A stretch of 64,000 nucleotides of DNA from the human T2T-CHM13v2.0 reference genome, Homo sapiens, in NCBI RefSeq assembly GCF_009914755.1, contig NC_060933.1. One strand, given 5' to 3'. Shown piece by piece: positions 56,609 through 64,000 of this stretch (position 1 is its first letter; the number at the start of each line of letters is the position of its first letter). Made by a program: the position numbers and the translations under genes. The notes under the pieces are model-generated. The model made no database searches. It saw nothing but the letters and a program-made list of their open reading frames with translations, and had not been told where the DNA came from.

Positions 56609-56909
56609 ACTATAGGATTCAAGCACACAAAGAGGCACCAGGGAATCACAGGCCCAGGGAACAAGCCGCGTGAGGACACAGGTAGATGGTGGCCATCTTC
56701 AAGCCAAGGAGAGAGGCCTCAGGAGAAATCAAACCTGCCCACACCTTGATCTCGGACTACTAGCCCCCATCACTGTGAGAAAATCAATTTCGGTTGTTTA
56801 AGCCACCGTGTTTGTGGTATTTTGTTATGGTAGCCCTAGCAAACTAATACAGAGTAATGTGAATGAGCTATTTCTGAGGAAAATGTCAATGTATTTTAAA
56901 ACCAATGTG

Positions 56910-57216
56910 GGCCGGGAGTGGTGGCTCACGCTTGTAATCCCAGCAGTTTGGGTGGCTCAGGCGGGTGCATCACTTGAGGTCAGGAGTTCAAGACCAGCCT
57001 GGCTAACATGGTAAAACACTGTTGCTGCTAAAAACACAAAAAATTAGTCCGGTGTGGTGGTGCACACCTGTAATCCCATTTATTTGGGAGGCTGGTGCAG
57101 GAGAATGGCTTTAACCTGGGAGATGGAGGTTGCAGTGAGCAGGTATTACACAACTGAACTCCAGCCTGGGCAACAGAGCGAGATGCTGTCTCAAAGAAAA
57201 AAGAAAGAAAAAAAAA
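56910..57216 (+). mobile_element. AluS SINE
   Basis: Diverged dimer; TSD aatgtg. Confidence 0.9.
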
Positions 57217-57264
57217 GAATGTGAAAGGAGGACTTAAGAGGAAGCTACTTAATATTAACTAAAC

Positions 57265-57500
57265 AGCAATAATAAGTCACCTCTAGTGAGTGGCTGCTAT
57301 CTGCTGACACTCTTCAAAGTGGCTGACATACATTATTTAGTTTTACAATAATCCCGTCAGGTAGTTATTATCATCTCTATGTTATAAATGAGGAGGAAAG
57401 TGAGGTTTGGGTGGGTTGAGTAAAATCTCATAGATCACACAGGCGCTGAGTAGTGGACTGGGGCCTGAACGCAGGTCTGATTTCAAAGCTCATGTGCATA
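57265..57500 (-). mobile_element. MIR
   Basis: acaataatcccgtcaggtag...gatcacacagg...caggtctgatttcaaagctc. Confidence 0.65.
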
Positions 57501-59036
57501 TTCCGCCATATTGCCAAGTTACATCCATCACAGGGAGAGGTCCAGAACAGCATCAGAATTTGACTAGCCTCTGAGGCATGTTTTCTCAAAAGCATTAAGC
57601 TTCAAAGGAACATGTCTTCAGAAATACATGGAAATATAGCTGAGAAGATTCTGAGTTTGCTGAGAGATGAAATTACATATTTGGGAACTTGCAAAGAATT
57701 TTTTATGGAGACAAAATTGATTTTGCAGTAGGCAGTAACTGAGTAAAGCAAACAGGTACAAATGTGAGACTTGCAAAAAAAAATTGTAAAAGATTCAGCC
57801 TGAAACATTCCCAATTAATTTGTATGTGATGAGCTCAAACTCTGTATGAATCTTCAGCAAATAAACCAGTGTCCATTTGCAGAGATGCTAAGTTGCCAGC
57901 ATTCTCCTATAAGTGAATTGCAGAAAATGGGCTTGATTCTAGATCATTTCATTTAAGGCTTAGTTCTTTTATCCCACAGGGTTAAACTTAGTAAACAAAT
58001 AAAAAGGTTTAAAAAATATTTTTCACACTAAGAATTTCCTCACCAAAGGCATTTTAAAAGGCTTTTTAAAAATCTGTGTTTATTAATGGAAATATGCTGC
58101 TTAGTTACACCACTGATTACTGTCTTTTACTGATTCCAAAGTCTAGGAGGAGTCTATTAACTGGAAACTCAATAGAATTCAGAAAATAAACCACAACAAA
58201 ATCCTGGAAAAATAAAATACTTTGCTACCAAAGCTTTTGACCCCTTATCATTCCTTTAGTGTTCTCTAACTTTCTTGAAACTGGGTTTGTGTGGACTATT
58301 GCTTTCATATTATCTACAGTTTTTAGCACCAGTTAAACTAAATTGAATTCTCATCTTCTAGGAATTAGCCCAAGTATTGATCAGTTTCCTTTGAAGTCAG
58401 TTCTAGCTCTGCTTTTGGAAGAGCAGAGGAGAATCAAGATTATTTTCCAGGTTTTCTTGACCATGGTTGCTCTTGGCATATCTTAATGTGTAGCATCTGC
58501 CCTTTTGGTTCTAAATTCACTCCATAAGCCAAAAGTCTGACTAGCTTAAAATCTATATATGATATACCAACATGTGATTTCAACCTGTAAAGACAAAAGA
58601 GTACCCTTTGTCCTCTACTGTCCTAATTTCTTTGGGGGTAAAGATGAATTAATTGCAAGAAGGAGAGGTGTGTTGCCTGTAATTATGTGGTATGTGTAAG
58701 AAAAGGCCAGCCCAAGTGAAAGAATACAGCTTCTTTTATAAAACAAGATCTGACTTGGGTGTATAAAAGCAACACTGGGAATCAGACCAGAAAAAGAAAT
58801 CAACCCAGATGTCACTAAGTTTCATTATGAAAGTAACAATAGCATGAAATCACTTTTTTAAAAATTCAGAAACAACCTACACTTATTCTCAGTTAGAACT
58901 CATTATTGGTCCCTGGTTGAACTTTAGAAAGATTTAAGCTGAAAGAAACTAAATGTTCAGAATGCACCAGCAAAATTCTCCTTAATTTAATGATTGGAAG
59001 AGAATAGAATCAGTAGAAGGTGAGATGTAGTATTAA

Positions 59037-59345
<309 letters not shown>

Positions 59346-60402
59346 TAAGCATCAAATCTTTAAAAAAAAAAAAAAAATCTGCTAAAAGACCACACATTAT
59401 CACATCGCATGGGACTAGGTATAACACTGACTTCTTTCAACAGTATTGGGTAAATATTTGACCTCCAATGTCATTATGGTTAATGTATATTCTAGACCTC
59501 AGAGGACATTAGGACGGAAGACAACCTTTCTGACTGGCTCTCTAAAAGTCTTTGTTTGCTTGGGAACGACTGGTAATATACTCTATCCTTAACTTGGTGC
59601 AGTTCAACTCCTAGCTGTTCAATAGATAAAACAATAATGATCTCATCCTTTTTATCATGAAACTAAATGTGATTTGTAAATCAGTACATAATAATAATAA
59701 TTTTGGGTTAATTATTAACTCTCAGAAAATATTCTCATTAATAGCTTCCAGGGCTAATATCATTCGTTTATTTAATTATGGAAAGATTGAGATATAGGTG
59801 CTGCACATCCTTGAATGTCTCATAAAATCAAAGTTGATTACAATGACACTAATATTTCCATAACTCATGTCTTTCTTGCAATTCCCTATAAGGATAAAAC
59901 AAATTGCCCTATGTTAAATTACTCATTTTGATAACTATGTGAGAAGATGAGGCACAGATGGTATTTCTGAGAATGGCATCAAAGCATTTAAAATGCTGAT
60001 TGGCAACATATCGCATATTTATATATGAGTGGAAAGTCATCTTTTGACTATATTAATGCTGCAAAAATAAACACACTTTGGTCTCTGATGCAGAGTTTTA
60101 AGTTCTCATGGCAATATCTGTTCACTTTGCTTACCAGGTACAATAGTAGAGTCGACATTTTTATCAGTCAGCTGCATTTATTCAACACCCACCGTGTGTT
60201 CAGCATCAGGTGCTTTGGAGCCTTGGCGAGAAAGACATTCAAGGACTTTATAGTTTAATGGGGGAGAAGGAAAAACACAAATGTGTACATGTAAACAAGC
60301 AGGGTTGGAGATGTCTAAACATACACACCATCCTGAGCATCTGTGCAAAGATACGGGCGGAAAAGACAAAGGGGGTGTGTGTAAAATGAGTGCAGCAGCT
60401 GA

Positions 60403-60799
<397 letters not shown>

Positions 60800-60897
60800 G
60801 CGAACAGAATTTTTCATTCCATTTTTGGTGCAGCTGGGGGAGCTCTATGGGATTTGAAGTGAGGGAAGTATATTTCTAGTGGAGAGAAGTGCCCATG

Positions 60898-61080
60898 CGG
60901 TGGTTCCCAAAATGTGGTCCAGACCAGTGGCATCAGCATCATCTGGGCGCTTGATGGAAATGCAGATCATCAGGCCCCATCTCAGATCTACTAAGTCTGA
61001 AACTCCGGGAGTGGGGCCTGGCGATCTGTGTTTTGGCAAGCCTGCCGGGGGATTCTGATGCTTAAGTGTGAGAAGCACTG
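60898..61080 (+). mobile_element. MER5A (hAT-Charlie), near full length
   Basis: cggtggttcccaaaatgtggtcc...catcagcatc...gattctgatgc...gagaagcactg. Confidence 0.9.
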
Positions 61081-61544
61081 CTCTATGAGATGGCTGTGAG
61101 TCTACAGCAGGGGCAGTGTTCCTTTGAAATGACAGGTCCAGAGGCCACCTGATACCCATAGGAGGCATTCTACAAGACAAAAGCAGTTGGTGAGGCGGGG
61201 GCAGTTGTGAAGACCTCAAAGCTCACCACCAGAAACTTCAAGAGGCTACACTGAGCCCTCTGAAATGTTTATGTTAGAACCACTATACTGACTTAACGTC
61301 TTCAGAGAATACTAACTTTCGCATTTCCTGACTTTTATGAGCATGTTGAGTGTTGTAATTCCACGAGGCCTTTAAATGTGATTTCCTTTGCTTTTAAGGA
61401 AAAGATGGGTTGGTGGGGAGGGGGTTTAGAGGGGTTGGGTAGCTAGTAGTGAGAGGGTAAAAATAGGAAAAAAGATTTTCAAGAAAAATTCTTTCAAGAC
61501 ATTGCTGCAAAGCCTATATGCCTGGACTGAAACACAATAGAATA

Positions 61545-61900
61545 ATAATGGTAATACAAGCTAATATTTATATAGCTCTTATTATGTGCCAGGTATGTTC
61601 CAAAGTATTTAAGAACGTGGTCATTAGTGTTCTTGAAAGCCATCTGTGCATCATCTCCTCACATAGTTATCAAAATGAGTAATTTAACATAGGGGAATTT
61701 GTTTGATCTTTATAGGGAATTGCAAGAAAGACATGAGTTATAGAAACACTAATATTAATTCATTAATCCCCACAACCACTTCTGAGGTAGAACCTATTAT
61801 TCTCATGTTAAAAAATAAGGAAACTGTAGCACAGAGAGGTTAAGAAACTTGCTCAAGGTCACACAGCTAGAGCTGGTACTAGAGCTCTGGCTTGCAGGCT
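61545..61900 (-). mobile_element. MIR fragments
   Basis: gctaatatttatatagc...tatgtgccagg; ggaaactgtagcacagagaggttaagaaacttgctcaaggtcacacagcta. Confidence 0.7.
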
Positions 61901-61904
61901 GTGG

Positions 61905-62351
<447 letters not shown>

Positions 62352-62776
62352 ACAGGTTGTGTTTTTAACCATGACGCTATGTTATTCTGCAAGAACTAAG
62401 ACATTGGAAGACAACTATTTCTATTTTGAAAGAGTGACTCATTGTTCTAAATTGTTTGGCATTTGAGTATTAAGCTTCAGGGCCTGATGACTTTCTTATT
62501 TAATTTTCTGGTTGGCCAGCCGAGTATTTCCTGCGTCTACCCAGTTCTCACAGAAAGTAGCTGAGGCTGACTTCTGGGCAGGGTAAATCAGTTACAAAAT
62601 AAAGGTTAGGCTGAGTGCCCATAGCAAAGCTAGAAAAGGCTCTGGAGTGATTTCCCCTCAACCCAGAGCAGTTTGGCTTGGACTCAGCAGCCTCTGCAGG
62701 ATTTGGGGGCTCCTGCAAGACTTGAGTCCCCTTCAGAGTGCAAGGAGAGCAAGATTCACAGGGTGGAGGGAGTTAG

Positions 62777-63130
<354 letters not shown>

Positions 63131-63184
63131 ACCATCTTGTCTTCTATGAGTAATTCTCAGGACAAAGACTTGTCACCATTTACG

Positions 63185-63415
63185 GGTGAAGAGCATGGAC
63201 TTTGGTGTCAGAAAAAAGCTTGAGTTTGAGTCCCAATTCTTTCACTTATTAGATGTGGGAACTTACTGCTTTTCCTCATTTTCCTCTCTTATAAAATGCA
63301 GATGACATTAGTACTTGCCTTGGTGGTACTGAGAGGATTAAATAAACAATACACTTAAAGTTCTTAAAGCAATATGTGGCACACAAAGCAAGCTCTAAAT
63401 AAGTGTTAGTTCTTC
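63185..63415 (+). mobile_element. MIR
   Basis: aagagcatggactttggtgtcaga...ttttcctctcttataaaatg...gaggattaaataa. Confidence 0.72.
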
Positions 63416-63489
63416 TTGTATTGACCTCCTGCAGCACACGTGGCACCATTCTATAAGCTTTCAGAACACTAATGACCACCTACCACTAT

Positions 63490-63630
63490 TTCTCACAACT
63501 CTTATGACTTAGGTATCTCCTGTTTTGCAGGTGAAGAAACTGAGCCTCAGAGGTGTTCACTGGCCCAAGGTGACTCGAGCAGAGAAGGGCTCAGCCAGGC
63601 TTTAGCAGAGGTGGGCCTGAGTCTGCGGCT
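63490..63630 (-). mobile_element. MIR fragment
   Basis: ttttgcaggtgaagaaactgagcctcagagg...gcccaaggt. Confidence 0.65.
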
Positions 63631-64000
63631 CGGCAGCACTGCTGTCCCCTCTCCCGCAGGCAGACATGCACCCCCACTGGATTGAAATAATTGTCTACGG
63701 GGTCCTGGGGAAACCGCTACTGAGTTCGTGTTTTGTTCACCAGTTTTAAAGCTGGATTTGAAGCAGCTTTTAATCACTTCGCTCATAAACATTCACTGCT
63801 CTGTGGGAGTCCTCCCCATAGGTTGTCTTACGGATGCATCAGCATAAGAAATGTTTGATGGGGCCTGCAATTTGCTTGTCATTTTCTGCCCACATGAGTG
63901 ATTGATAAGTGCTTTGAGTCATATCTGAGACTTCCTTTTAGGGAATGCATGTAGATCAGCAGTCACATTCCCTGACACCTCTCACACCTTCAGCTGCACT

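Noticed and set aside
57574-57617. Two p53 half-sites (aggcatgttt, gaacatgtct)
   Set aside because: Spacer of about 24 nt is too long for a canonical response element.
63625-63642. tcggcagcac resembling the U6 snRNA 5' end
   Set aside because: Only about 10 nt match, flanks disagree, and it lies beside a MIR fragment.

Overview
Human (Homo sapiens inferred from AluYa5-lineage insertions) non-coding genomic DNA, intronic or intergenic; I could not assign the locus. No protein-coding exon, RNA gene, CpG island or processed pseudogene can be supported: the ORF track consists of Alu-derived frames, low-complexity repeat frames or short unrecognisable frames. About 59 Alu/FLAM copies cover roughly a quarter of the window, with old L1 and L2 fragments, MIRs, MaLR/ERV LTRs (THE1, MST, MLT1, LTR16-like, MER34-like), MER5A and one MADE1. 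The most notable observations: (1) three local fold-back/templated inversions (6334-6390 inside an AluJ; a 35-bp near-perfect hairpin at 9307-9413; a ~117-bp inverted duplication 29498-29614/30606-30727 with snap-back and stutter junctions); (2) three very young AluYa5/Ya4-type insertions with intact TSDs within 43 kb; (3) a repeat-depleted ~7 kb block (41.8-48.9 kb) with motif-dense segments, including a 23-bp direct repeat carrying paired GTCACRTGAC E-boxes and CCAAT boxes; (4) a miR-548-like MADE1 hairpin; (5) structural Alu oddities (triplicated TSD, two trimeric Alus). I found no evidence for a novel multi-gene system. Subfamily calls and coordinates were made by eye and may be off by a few bases.
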